Made by a program: the position numbers and the translations under genes
Part shown: one piece after another, positions 1 to 9,990 of the stretch
How positions within the stretch are numbered: the first letter of the stretch is position 1
Layout of the letters: every line of letters begins with the position of its first letter
DNA from: a virus
Taxonomy: Duplodnaviria; Caudoviricetes
Reading direction: 5' to 3' (one strand)
DNA length: 64,000 nt
IMG/VR virus record: IMGVR_UViG_3300028571_002036
Span: 1 to 64,000 of that record
The notes under the pieces: model-generated
The model's input: only the letters and a program-made list of their open reading frames with translations
Databases searched by the model: none
What the model was told of the DNA's origin: nothing

Positions 1-1
1 T

Positions 2-439
2 AAAAACAAATTTCTAACTCTCCCCAAAAATAATAACGGTTACATTCTTTTTGTGGGTACTGTTGACTACTTGAGAGAAATGGCAATTAAAGATGCTGCC
101 GAATATGCAATTTCCATAGGTAAAGAATTGTGGTTAGTTGGTGAAGATAAATCTATTTATTTAAAAAGTTACTTGGAACATCCCACAATTAAACATTTTC
201 CTTCCACATGGAATCTCAAACCATTTATCGAAGGTGCATATGAAACCGCAGGTATCCAACTTGGAAGAACAACAATTGAGAGTTGGATGAGTGGGAAAGA
301 TTCTTGGATTTATAAGGTTAATGAAAATGGAGATATCCTTTCCAAAGAAAAAACATCACCTCCTGAAGATATAGAAAAGTTTTATTCCGAAAATGTTGCA
401 AAACAAATAAAAGAAGAATATATCAAGATTTTGTCATGA
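2..439 (+). CDS. Partial CDS (runs off left edge), probable glycosyltransferase C-terminal domain
   Basis: Frame is open from position 2 (KNKFLTLPKNNNGYILFVGTVD...). 'ILFVG...GRTTIESW' resembles a GT-B second domain, and it sits in the glycan cluster. Confidence 0.45.
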   Translation, partial: KNKFLTLPKNNNGYILFVGTVDYLREMAIKDAAEYAISIGKELWLVGEDKSIYLKSYLEHPTIKHFPSTWNLKPFIEGAYETAGIQLGRTTIESWMSGKDSWIYKVNENGDILSKEKTSPPEDIEKFYSENVAKQIKEEYIKILS

Positions 440-1164
440 TTAAAGTTGTAAGTTGTTTTTGGAATGCGGAAAAATACATTGGAAAGTGTATTGAATCGTT
501 ACAAATGCAAAAGTATAAGGACTTTAAAGTTTACCTTATTGATGACATGTCTACGGACAATTCGGTTTCTAAAATACAAAATTTAATTGATGATGATTCA
601 AGATTTGAATTAATTATTAATCAGGAAAAAAAATTCAAATTAAAAAACTTGGATGAACTGATACAAACCTTTGATGACGATGATGTTGTAATCGAATTAG
701 ACGGTGACGATTGGTTATATTTACCAACCGTATTAGAGGAGATTAACAAAACTTATCAAGACCCATTAGTTTGGATTACCAATGGTTCTTTTATTTATTC
801 AAATGGTTCTAAAGGATTTTCCGCAAAATGTAATCCTCAGACCATCCGAAGAGAAACTTTCAGATTTTCACACTTAAGAACATGGAAGGTCTTTCTTTGG
901 AAGAACATCCCCGTAGAAAACTTTAAAGAAACCAATGGGGAATACTTTAAATCAGGTGTTGATGTTGCATATACCTTCCCTTTACTAGAGTTGGCCGGTG
1001 AAAAACACTACAAATTTATATCTAGTGTATTATATGTTTATAATGCAAACTCGCCTTACAATGACCATAAAGAAGGAAGCGCCAGTGGTGGTTTGAATGA
1101 ACAGTCTAGAGTGGCCAATATTATAAGAAAAAAAACACCCCTAAAACAACTTTTTATAGAATGA
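436..1164 (+). CDS. Glycosyltransferase family 2
   Basis: N-terminal 'WNAEKYIGKCIESL', 'IDDMSTDNS' and DxD 'LDGDD'. Confidence 0.9.
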   Translation: MIKVVSCFWNAEKYIGKCIESLQMQKYKDFKVYLIDDMSTDNSVSKIQNLIDDDSRFELIINQEKKFKLKNLDELIQTFDDDDVVIELDGDDWLYLPTVLEEINKTYQDPLVWITNGSFIYSNGSKGFSAKCNPQTIRRETFRFSHLRTWKVFLWKNIPVENFKETNGEYFKSGVDVAYTFPLLELAGEKHYKFISSVLYVYNANSPYNDHKEGSASGGLNEQSRVANIIRKKTPLKQLFIE

Positions 1165-1910
1165 AAATAAAACAACACGAAAGAATATCTGAATGGGTAA
1201 AATCTTATGCTAAAGAAAATAAAATAAAATCATTGGTTGTTGGAGTTTCGGGGGGTATAGATTCTGCTGTGGTTTCCACCTTATGTGCTATGACAGGTTT
1301 ACCCACGCATTGCGTGTTAATGCCAATTCATCAAAATCCCGAACACACTAAAAGAGGTTCGAACCACATAAATTGGTTACAAACTAAATTTGAAAAGATT
1401 GATTTACATGAGTTTAATTTATCGGGGGTTTATGATATCTTTGTTGATACTATGTCTTATGCAAAAAGTGACTTAGGGTTTGCAAATTCTCGTTCACGAT
1501 TAAGAATGACCGCACTATATCAAATAGCTTCAAGTACTAATGGTATTGTTGTGGGGACCGGAAATAAAATCGAGGATTTTGGCGTTGGATTTTTTACCAA
1601 GTATGGAGATGGTGGTGTGGACATTTCACCAATTGCAGATTTCACGAAAACTGAAGTATACGAAATCGCTAAACATTTAGGTATAAATCAAGAAATTATT
1701 GATGCAACACCAACAGATGGTTTATGGGGGGATGATAGAAATGACGAAAACCAAATTGGTGCTACTTATCCTGAGTTAGAATGGGCCATGGAATTTAAAA
1801 ACAATAGAAATATTACGGAAAGAGAACAGGAGGTTTTATCGATTTACAAAAAATTAAATTCTCAAAATAAACATAAAATGTTACCAATACCAATTTATAA
1901 AAAATCATGA
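1161..1910 (+). CDS. nadE: NH3-dependent NAD+ synthetase
   Basis: P-loop 'GVSGGIDS', plus 'RLRMTALY', 'GTGNKIE', 'FFTKYGDGGVD' and 'PTDGLW...DENQIGATY'. Confidence 0.95.
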   Translation: MKIKQHERISEWVKSYAKENKIKSLVVGVSGGIDSAVVSTLCAMTGLPTHCVLMPIHQNPEHTKRGSNHINWLQTKFEKIDLHEFNLSGVYDIFVDTMSYAKSDLGFANSRSRLRMTALYQIASSTNGIVVGTGNKIEDFGVGFFTKYGDGGVDISPIADFTKTEVYEIAKHLGINQEIIDATPTDGLWGDDRNDENQIGATYPELEWAMEFKNNRNITEREQEVLSIYKKLNSQNKHKMLPIPIYKKS

Positions 1911-3076
1911 AAATAGGTGTAATAGGTGCTGGAAGGCTAGGAATTACGTTTGCATTACTCTGTGAAAAAGCGGGTTATGATGTTATTGTTTCAGATATCA
2001 GAGAGGAATACATAGAAAAACTCAATAATAAGACTATTGATACGGCTGAGCCAGAAGTATTATTAATGCTACAAAAATCAAAAAACTTAAGAGCAACTCA
2101 AAAAAACAGTGAAGTAATTTTAGAGTCAGATGTGATTTATACTTTTGTACAAACACCATCTCTTCCATCTGGAGAATATGACACTACGTATCTAATGGAA
2201 GTAGTTAAAGATTTCAAAAAATTTGAAAATTATGACCAAAAAACTCAAAACAAACTTTTTGTAATTGGTTGCACAACAAATCCAGGAGATACAAAAACAG
2301 TTGAAGAAAAATTAAAACCCCTTGGTGTTATTGTCGCCTACAACCCAGAATTTATTGCTCAGGGAGAAATAGTTAAAGGTCTTGAATATGCGGATTTAGT
2401 TCTTGTTGGAACTGAAAACTTGGAAACAATAAACATTTTAAAACAAATATACGAGAAAATTCAAAAAACAGATGTTAAAATGTGTCCAATGTCCCCAACA
2501 GCGGCTGAAATTACAAAAATAGGTATTAATTGTTTTTTGACAACAAAAATAAGTTATGCTAATATGATTGGTGAAATTTTAATATCATCAAAATTACATA
2601 ATGAAGTTGATGAAGTTTTGACTACAATTGGTAAAGACAGTAGAATTGGGCATAAATATTTGAACTACGGTTTCGGTTTTGGAGGACCCTGCTTACCAAG
2701 AGATAATCGAGCTTTAGGTAATTATGCAAAAAAATTGGGTCTTGAAACAAATCTTCCTTATACAATCGACAACTTCAATTTAGAACATTCAAATTTTTTA
2801 AAAAGTTATTTCATAAGTCAAAACCCAAACAAAAAAGTCCCCTTTGTTTTCAACTACATTTCATACAAAAAAGGAACAGATATGTTAGTAGAGTCCCAAC
2901 AACTAAAATTAGCTAAAGACTTACTAAATGAAGGATATTCTGTTAATATTATCGAAGAAGATTCCATTTTAAACAATTCGGAATTTGTTAATGAAATTGA
3001 ATCCAACTATCCTAATCAAGTCAAATTTTATAAATTAGGCTCAAATCCAAAAGGATTTAAAATAAATATAAATTAA
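1907..3076 (+). CDS. UDP-glucose/GDP-mannose dehydrogenase family protein
   Basis: Rossmann 'GAGRLG', 'YNPEFI', catalytic 'GFGGPCLPRD'. Confidence 0.9.
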   Translation: MKIGVIGAGRLGITFALLCEKAGYDVIVSDIREEYIEKLNNKTIDTAEPEVLLMLQKSKNLRATQKNSEVILESDVIYTFVQTPSLPSGEYDTTYLMEVVKDFKKFENYDQKTQNKLFVIGCTTNPGDTKTVEEKLKPLGVIVAYNPEFIAQGEIVKGLEYADLVLVGTENLETINILKQIYEKIQKTDVKMCPMSPTAAEITKIGINCFLTTKISYANMIGEILISSKLHNEVDEVLTTIGKDSRIGHKYLNYGFGFGGPCLPRDNRALGNYAKKLGLETNLPYTIDNFNLEHSNFLKSYFISQNPNKKVPFVFNYISYKKGTDMLVESQQLKLAKDLLNEGYSVNIIEEDSILNNSEFVNEIESNYPNQVKFYKLGSNPKGFKININ

Positions 3077-3081
3077 AAATT

Positions 3082-3906
3082 ATGAACACAAACAATATTT
3101 TTGGAACTTGTTATTTCATGGGCGGTTTAGGTAATCAAATGTTTCAAGCCGCACACGCATTATCGCAAGTATGGAAAAAAGGAGTTGAATCGAAATTCAA
3201 AGCAGAATCTTGGACACCAATGCAAGGTAGGCAAACAGATAACTATCGTAACAATATTTTTAGAAATTTAAATTTTGTTGAAGATTTTGGTCATGTTGGA
3301 AGAGTGAGTGAAGGTCCGTGGGAATACACCGAATTAAATCCTCAGTGGGACCAACCACAAGAATTTTATGGTTATTTTCAAAGTAGTAAAAACTTTTTAG
3401 GATACGATAAAGAAATACAAAAAACATTTGAACCTACTGAGGAGTTTATTGACCGAATGATAAACAGGTATCCAGAACTTACTCAAGAAAAGACATTATC
3501 TGTTCATATAAGACGTGGAGATTGTTTTATGAACCCGGATATACACCCAATGGTTACAAAAGAATATGTTGAAAGAGCCCTTGAATTGGTACCAGAATAT
3601 TCAAATATTTTTATTTTTTCTGATGACAAAATTTGGATAAAAGAAAATTTTAATTTTCCAAATATGATAATTGTCGATGAATTAGAAGATTATGAGGAAA
3701 TGTGGTTAATGTCACTTTGTAAAAATCACATAATATCAAACTCAACATTTTCTTGGTGGGGAACTTTTTTAAATAAAAAAGAAAATAAAAAAATTATTGC
3801 TCCTTCAATATGGTTCGGGCCACGAGGTCCTCAAAATTTTAAAGATATTTACGAACCTTACTGGACCGTATTAGAGGTTACATATAAAGATGGTTGGTTA
3901 TATTAA
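3082..3906 (+). CDS. GT11 alpha-1,2-fucosyltransferase-like protein
   Basis: 'GGLGNQMFQ', 'GYFQS', 'VHIRRGD', 'FSDD', 'SNSTFSWWG'. Confidence 0.92.
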   Translation: MNTNNIFGTCYFMGGLGNQMFQAAHALSQVWKKGVESKFKAESWTPMQGRQTDNYRNNIFRNLNFVEDFGHVGRVSEGPWEYTELNPQWDQPQEFYGYFQSSKNFLGYDKEIQKTFEPTEEFIDRMINRYPELTQEKTLSVHIRRGDCFMNPDIHPMVTKEYVERALELVPEYSNIFIFSDDKIWIKENFNFPNMIIVDELEDYEEMWLMSLCKNHIISNSTFSWWGTFLNKKENKKIIAPSIWFGPRGPQNFKDIYEPYWTVLEVTYKDGWLY

Positions 3907-3910
3907 AGAT

Positions 3911-4720
3911 ATGGTTAAAATTAATATGTTATCAAGAAATTTTGCTCATGACAAAGGGTCAACAGCAAATAAAGCTCCCATAAATATTGAGTGGGCATTC
4001 AATTCTTATGAAAATCCAATATCAGTATATTTGGATAATGACGCTATGCAAGGGGTGCAAGATAAATCAAACGGTAAACTAAGTTTTTTGTGGCTAATAG
4101 AATCAAAAAAATTTGATGGAGGTGCAAGTGAGACGATAAAAAATAATTTAGAAGCTATCTTGGACACTTATGAACAAATTTGGACACACAATGATGAGTT
4201 GTTAGCTTTAAACTCAAAATTTAAATGGGCACCAGCATATGGAAGCTACATTACTGATTTTGGTATTCATGAAAAAACAAAGTTAGCTTCGATGATAGTC
4301 TCAAATAAAAGATGGACCAAACAACATGAAATACGACATGATTTTGCAATGGCTAACCAAACACGAATTGATGTATTTGGTAGAGGCATTGCAGAAATAC
4401 CAAAAAAAGAAATGGGTTTAAATGATTATATGTTTTCTTTTGCAGCTGAAAATGATACCTACGACACTTATTTTACGGAAAAAATTTTAGATTGTTTTGC
4501 CACAGGTACTATACCCATTTACATGGGAACAAAAAAAATTGTTGAATATTTCAATCCAGAAGGTATTTTATTTTTTGATGGTACTTATGATTTGGACTCT
4601 TTAACCCCCGACCTATATTACTCCAAAATGGATGCAATAAAAGACAATTATGAAAGAGTACAAAAATATAGTATTTTGGATGATTGGTTATATGAAAATT
4701 ATTTGATTCATTATGTCTAA
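3911..4720 (+). CDS. GT10 fucosyltransferase-like protein
   Basis: 'YMFSFAAEN...YFTEKILDCFATGTIPIYMG' is the GT10 motif. Start moved to ATG 3911. Confidence 0.8.
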   Translation: MVKINMLSRNFAHDKGSTANKAPINIEWAFNSYENPISVYLDNDAMQGVQDKSNGKLSFLWLIESKKFDGGASETIKNNLEAILDTYEQIWTHNDELLALNSKFKWAPAYGSYITDFGIHEKTKLASMIVSNKRWTKQHEIRHDFAMANQTRIDVFGRGIAEIPKKEMGLNDYMFSFAAENDTYDTYFTEKILDCFATGTIPIYMGTKKIVEYFNPEGILFFDGTYDLDSLTPDLYYSKMDAIKDNYERVQKYSILDDWLYENYLIHYV

Positions 4721-5420
4721 AATTTGTTTGATACAACAACCAGCAGGGATAGGAGATATTTTTTTTATACAAAAAATTGCTAACCACTTTATAAACAAAG
4801 ATTATGATGTGTGGATTCCAGTAATACCTCAATTTGAATATATCAAAGATTATATTAAAATACCGAGGCTTCATTTAATCTCAGAACTTGAAAATTTCCC
4901 TTACAAAAACCTTTATGGTACTGGAAGTTCAGTTCCAGTAAAATTTGATAATGAAGATGTGTTTCTTCCAATTCAAAATTTTGATAGAAATTTCCCTGGA
5001 ATGTCAGTCATGATTGCAAAATACAAAATGTTAGGTATAGACCATTCTGATTGGGTAAACTTTTTTGATTTTGAGAGAGATTTGGAAAGAGAAGAAAAAT
5101 TGTTTCAATTTAAAAATCCCGACAACAAAGAATACATTTTTGTAAATCGAAATTTTGGTTCCCCGCCAGATTCAAAAACATGTCCCCACATGGGTGATTA
5201 TGACAACTCTATTGAAATGGAATATTTAGGTTGGGATAACTTATTCGATTGGATTGGATTGGCCATTAAAGCTAAAGAAATTCATACTGTTGAGACCTCT
5301 CTTTTGTATATTCTATACAAACTAGGTGTTGAAAATGTTACCGTATATTCAAGACATAATCCGCCTTCTTTTGCCCAAGTAGAAGGATTTTTCAACAAAA
5401 ATTGGGTATACAAATTATGA
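4713..5420 (+). CDS. Hypothetical glycan-cluster protein (GT9-like N-terminal 'GIGD' motif)
   Basis: 'QPAGIGDIFF' and 'AKEIHTVETS'; translationally coupled within the cluster. Confidence 0.5.
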   Translation: MSKICLIQQPAGIGDIFFIQKIANHFINKDYDVWIPVIPQFEYIKDYIKIPRLHLISELENFPYKNLYGTGSSVPVKFDNEDVFLPIQNFDRNFPGMSVMIAKYKMLGIDHSDWVNFFDFERDLEREEKLFQFKNPDNKEYIFVNRNFGSPPDSKTCPHMGDYDNSIEMEYLGWDNLFDWIGLAIKAKEIHTVETSLLYILYKLGVENVTVYSRHNPPSFAQVEGFFNKNWVYKL

Positions 5421-6088
5421 ATACAAATTTAAAAAACCAACTGAAAAACTATTTTGAAGATGAAAGTCTAATTAATCCACTTGGAACTCCAGGTCATGAA
5501 ACTGGATACCCTGAAAGAGACGTCAATTGGATGGAATCAAATTTAGTTCCAAGAATTGAAAATATTATTGATAAAAGCATACATAAAAATTGTTTGGACG
5601 TCGGTTGTGCTTTTGGATACTTTACAAAAATATTAAACAATACTTTTGATAATTCCTATGGAATAGACTTGTCCGAAAACAGAATCAATTATGCTAAGCA
5701 ATATGAAACAAACACCTTGAAGTTTGTTCAAGCAGATTTAACTGAAAGTTTCAATGATAAATTTGACATCAGATTTGATTTCATGTTCACTAACGCGGTA
5801 TTACCCCACATACCATTAGAATTCAAAGCGTCTGTTTTCAAGAACTTAGCAGAAATAGCAAATCCAGGATGCTTACTCGTTATGTATGACGGAATGTTAA
5901 ATGACGATAATACACATAAACATGATAGTAAACAACAAGCTAATTTCGATGGTTGGAATAATTCAGAAATTATCAGAGTTGTTTTTATTAGTGAAAAATG
6001 GTTAAAAGAAAACGCTGAGGATTGGGAAATAATTAGGATTACAAATGTTGGTATTGCAACTGAAGAAATAATATTAAAAAGAAAATAA
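5417..6088 (+). CDS. Class I SAM-dependent methyltransferase
   Basis: 'CLDVGCAFG', 'GIDLS', 'FDFMFTNAVLPHI', 'PGCLL'. Confidence 0.88.
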   Translation: MNTNLKNQLKNYFEDESLINPLGTPGHETGYPERDVNWMESNLVPRIENIIDKSIHKNCLDVGCAFGYFTKILNNTFDNSYGIDLSENRINYAKQYETNTLKFVQADLTESFNDKFDIRFDFMFTNAVLPHIPLEFKASVFKNLAEIANPGCLLVMYDGMLNDDNTHKHDSKQQANFDGWNNSEIIRVVFISEKWLKENAEDWEIIRITNVGIATEEIILKRK

Positions 6089-6090
6089 TT

Positions 6091-6753
6091 ATGAGTCTAT
6101 TTGGTGCATTTTGGGACAAAGACCCAAATCCTGTTGGTGAACAACAATTTGGTAATAATAAAGGACTATTTTACAATTTGAATTGGTATCCAAAAGGTGT
6201 TTTGCACATTGGAGCTTGGGATGCTTGGGAAGCAAAGCAATATGCTAATTATTGCGGAAATAATTCTGTGTTTATAGAAGCAAATCCACAATCATTCGAA
6301 AGATTTAGAAATGAAATTGAGCAATTTGGACAAAAGATTTATAATTTTGCTGCTTGGGATATTGATGACATAGAAATGAATTTATATTGTCCTAGTGGTA
6401 ATGAAGATTCAAGTTCTTTGTTAGAACAAAAAGGGTATGTTCTTAAAACAAAAACAATTACTATCAAAACTCTTTTTGAAAGAGAAGCTCTACAATTCGA
6501 AAATTTTGATTTACTTAATATTGACACTGAAGGTGCTGAATTACAAGTACTCAAAGGAATCGGTGATAACATTAAAAATTTCACATACATAATCATCGAA
6601 GTCAGTGACATTGGAAGTGAATTCGACAACAATGTTAACCAATATATTATTGATAAGGGCTTTAAATTTATTCGTGATAGCACACATCACAAGAGTAGCA
6701 TAAACGGAAAAACTTTTTGTGACAAATTGTATAAAAGAAATGACAATATCTGA
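6091..6753 (+). CDS. FkbM-family methyltransferase
   Basis: 'VLHIGA', 'IEANP', 'LNIDTEGAELQVLKG'. Confidence 0.88.
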   Translation: MSLFGAFWDKDPNPVGEQQFGNNKGLFYNLNWYPKGVLHIGAWDAWEAKQYANYCGNNSVFIEANPQSFERFRNEIEQFGQKIYNFAAWDIDDIEMNLYCPSGNEDSSSLLEQKGYVLKTKTITIKTLFEREALQFENFDLLNIDTEGAELQVLKGIGDNIKNFTYIIIEVSDIGSEFDNNVNQYIIDKGFKFIRDSTHHKSSINGKTFCDKLYKRNDNI

Positions 6754-7411
6754 AAAATACAAATTTATTTTTGTTGAAGTTGGCTCTTCTGCTTCAACCG
6801 CAATCAGAAACGCACTAAATCAATATAGGGATACAAAAGTAAATGTTATTGATGAATTTCCGTTTGGAATTGACCATAATGCAAATGTCGCACATTTACC
6901 GATATGGACTCTTAAAAATGATATAAATACTAACGAATATTTTAAATTTGCTTTTTTTAGAAATCCTTGGGAAGTTGCGGTTAGCAAATTTTTTTTCCAT
7001 CATGGTTGGCATGTTGTAAATACTCATAAGATACCCAAAAGCGAAAGAGTACACTCACATTTTAGTTGTGATTTTAATCAATGGGCACAAGAACCTGGGT
7101 TTTTGGATATGCATTATGAAAGTAAAACAAAAACTATGTGGGATATGGTCGCAAAAGGAGACAATCTGTTGGTTGATAAAATTTTTGATTTCAAACATCT
7201 CGAAGAAAATTGGGAAATAGCAACAAAAATAATTGGAATCCCCCATCAAAAATTGATAAACAATAAAATAGAATCGAATAACGAAGCCTGCGGTACAAGA
7301 AAGGACAAACACTATTCGTTATATTATGACAATAAAACAATTGAAGTTGTGAGAGAGCAATTCGCACGAGAAATTGAGTATTTTAATTACGAATTTGAAG
7401 ACCAAAGATGA
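6740..7411 (+). CDS. Sulfotransferase family 2-like protein
   Basis: 'KFIFVEV...ASTAI', 'FKFAFFRNPWE..VS' and C-terminal 'Y..YYD...IE.V...F..EIEYFNYEF'. The PAPS-binding motif is divergent. Confidence 0.7.
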   Translation: MTISEKYKFIFVEVGSSASTAIRNALNQYRDTKVNVIDEFPFGIDHNANVAHLPIWTLKNDINTNEYFKFAFFRNPWEVAVSKFFFHHGWHVVNTHKIPKSERVHSHFSCDFNQWAQEPGFLDMHYESKTKTMWDMVAKGDNLLVDKIFDFKHLEENWEIATKIIGIPHQKLINNKIESNNEACGTRKDKHYSLYYDNKTIEVVREQFAREIEYFNYEFEDQR

Positions 7412-8238
7412 AAACTTCAGTTGTAATTCTTGCTAAAAACGACAATTACGGGGGTAATCTAACTCACCGTGCAAAAATGTGTATCAACTCAATGGTCGAA
7501 AACTTTGATGAGGTTGTGGTCGTGGATTGGAAAACAAGAAACAAAAATACTTTGTTATCCACCATCATCAATGAAATACCTCACGTTGGAAAAATAAAAA
7601 GTATAGAAGTAGGTAGTGAACTTCTAAAATACAAATACCCCAACTTGTATCAATGGAATATTTTGGAAGCTATTGGTCGAAACATTGGTATCAGAAGAGC
7701 AACAGGAGATTGGATAGCATCTTCAAATATTGATATCGTAACAACTCCGCTAGATATTTCGCAGCTCAACACTTCAGAATTCTATACAACATCAAGAAAA
7801 GATGTTGAAGAAAATTTTCACTTAGGGCAAACTGATTATCAGGTCTTAAAAAATCACCTTTGGGAAAATCAAAATAATTACTCGGATAAACCACAAATTG
7901 ATAGCCCAACTGACAAATGGTCTTTGGTTGTTTGCTGTGGGGATTTTCAAATAGGATACAGAGACATTTGGTACAAAATCAAAGGATTTGAGGAATCTGT
8001 TTTGTATGGATGTGGTATTGACACTAATATAATGAAGAAAGCATCCAGTTATGCGCAAATTAAAATTCTACCCTATAATGTTTTTCATTTAAACCATGGA
8101 AAAAGTGGTGATAGATTTGAGGGTGAGCTAACGCCCCCTATGTCGGACCAAAACTCAATAATCCGAGATTTTGTTGAGACAACTAACTTAGAAACTTGGG
8201 GACTTATAAATGAAGAATTTATAACCGAAATAATATGA
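7408..8238 (+). CDS. GT-A fold (GT2/GT7-like) glycosyltransferase
   Basis: 'KNDNYGG', 'VVVDW', 'RNIGIRRATGDWI..NIDI', 'GFEE...G.GID'. Confidence 0.75.
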   Translation: MKTSVVILAKNDNYGGNLTHRAKMCINSMVENFDEVVVVDWKTRNKNTLLSTIINEIPHVGKIKSIEVGSELLKYKYPNLYQWNILEAIGRNIGIRRATGDWIASSNIDIVTTPLDISQLNTSEFYTTSRKDVEENFHLGQTDYQVLKNHLWENQNNYSDKPQIDSPTDKWSLVVCCGDFQIGYRDIWYKIKGFEESVLYGCGIDTNIMKKASSYAQIKILPYNVFHLNHGKSGDRFEGELTPPMSDQNSIIRDFVETTNLETWGLINEEFITEII

Positions 8239-8870
8239 AAATAATAATTGTCGGGGGAAATGCCGGAGCTAAAATAGCCGCAGAAATATTTACAATAAAT
8301 TTTCCTCATTGCGATATTTTATATGCGGAAACTTACCTTGAACGTGAAAAAGAAACTCAAGTAGTCAGTGACTATAAAAAAGTTCCGGACCTTCTAAGAG
8401 AGGGGGGATATGAATACTTTATCGCAACTGGTGATAATTTTCAAAGAGCTGAGATTTACAAATACATTTGGACCAATACCACTTTAGAACCCCTAAACTG
8501 CATTCACCCATCTTCAGTAATATCATCTTCTGCTAAGATAGGATATGGCAATTTGATTTGTCCTACGGCGGTAATTCACACAGACGCTGAAATTGAAAAC
8601 TGCACAGTAATTAACACTGGAGCAATCATCGAACACGATTGCAAGGTTAGAAACTTTGCCCAGATTTCACCAAACGCAACTCTCTGTGGTAGAGTAAGCG
8701 TTGGTGAGTATTGTTTTATTGGTGCTGGCTCAACAATAATCCCCAACAAACAAATAAGCAATAAATCAGTTGTTGCGGCAGGAAGTGTCGTAATTGATTA
8801 CATCTCCCAAAATGTAATGGTTGCTGGTGTTCCTGCTAAAATTAAAAAGAAAGATTATCATGAAATTTAA
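8235..8870 (+). CDS. Sugar acetyltransferase, NeuD/PglD-like (hexapeptide repeat)
   Basis: 'IHPSSVIS..AKIG.G', 'INTGAIIEHDC', 'GVPAK'. Confidence 0.9.
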   Translation: MKIIIVGGNAGAKIAAEIFTINFPHCDILYAETYLEREKETQVVSDYKKVPDLLREGGYEYFIATGDNFQRAEIYKYIWTNTTLEPLNCIHPSSVISSSAKIGYGNLICPTAVIHTDAEIENCTVINTGAIIEHDCKVRNFAQISPNATLCGRVSVGEYCFIGAGSTIIPNKQISNKSVVAAGSVVIDYISQNVMVAGVPAKIKKKDYHEI

Positions 8871-9990
8871 TATTCCGATTTTTAGACTTAAGTTTTCCCT
8901 TGGATTCAAATTAAAGTTTCTACGTGGTGCTTGGGATATTTTATCCTCTGATAGACCCCTGGGAGAATCAAAATATGTTAAAGAATTTGAAACCAAGTTT
9001 TCCTCCCTGGTAGGAAGCAAATATGCTATTGCATGCAGCAACGGAACAACTGCTATTGAACTTGCTCTCAAAGCAATCGATGTTAATGGAAAAAAAGTGC
9101 TATGTCCCTCTAATACCTTTTTTGCAACAACTGTTGCAATAAATAACGCAGGTGCCGAGGTTGTATTAGCGGATTGCGAGAAGGAAACCTTTTCAATTTC
9201 ATACAATCATCTCAAAAAAATCATATCAGAGAATGAAATTGCTGCTGTGGTTATAGTTCATATTGGGGGAATAATATCAAAAGATATTGCAAAGATTGCT
9301 AGTCTTTGCAAGAAACATAATATAACCCTTATCGAAGATGCTGCTCACGCACATGGTTCTCAAACTTTGGGTTACACAGCAGGAACAATTGGAGACATTG
9401 CATGCTTCTCTTTTTTCCCAACAAAGGTAATGACCACCGGAGAAGGGGGAATGTTAACAACAAACAACAAAGACTATTTTGAAAAAATCAAATCTTTAAA
9501 AAACTTCGGAAGAGACAATCAAAACGCAGGCATAATAGTAAATCCTCACGGTAACAATTTCAAAATCCATGAGTTTACTGGATTAATGGGGTCACTCGAA
9601 TGTGATAGAGTATTGGGCAGGATTTTAATAAGAACAAATTTGCTCAAAAGATATGAACAAAACTTGGAAGACACCTCATTTAAAGTAATTATCCAAAAAG
9701 AAGGTAGATGTTCTTACTACAAGTGTATTCTGCTTTCCCCATACAATACCGATGAGCTAAAACAATATTGTAAAGAACACTCAATCTCACTAACTGGAGA
9801 GGTATACAAAATACCTGTACATCATCAACCTCTCTATGCAAACCTCATTGATTCTATACAACTTAAAAACACAAACTATATTGCTAATAAACACATTTGT
9901 CCCCCACTTTATCCAGAACTTACTTTTAAAGAAGTGGATTACATCTGTGATGTTTTGAAAAAATTTGATAATGAAAAACAGAGTCGCTAA
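8860..9990 (+). CDS. DegT/DnrJ/EryC1/StrS sugar aminotransferase
   Basis: 'SNGTTAIELAL', 'IEDAAHAHG', PLP-lysine 'SFFPTKVMTTGEGG'. Start moved to ATG 8860. Confidence 0.93.
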   Translation: MKFNIPIFRLKFSLGFKLKFLRGAWDILSSDRPLGESKYVKEFETKFSSLVGSKYAIACSNGTTAIELALKAIDVNGKKVLCPSNTFFATTVAINNAGAEVVLADCEKETFSISYNHLKKIISENEIAAVVIVHIGGIISKDIAKIASLCKKHNITLIEDAAHAHGSQTLGYTAGTIGDIACFSFFPTKVMTTGEGGMLTTNNKDYFEKIKSLKNFGRDNQNAGIIVNPHGNNFKIHEFTGLMGSLECDRVLGRILIRTNLLKRYEQNLEDTSFKVIIQKEGRCSYYKCILLSPYNTDELKQYCKEHSISLTGEVYKIPVHHQPLYANLIDSIQLKNTNYIANKHICPPLYPELTFKEVDYICDVLKKFDNEKQSR

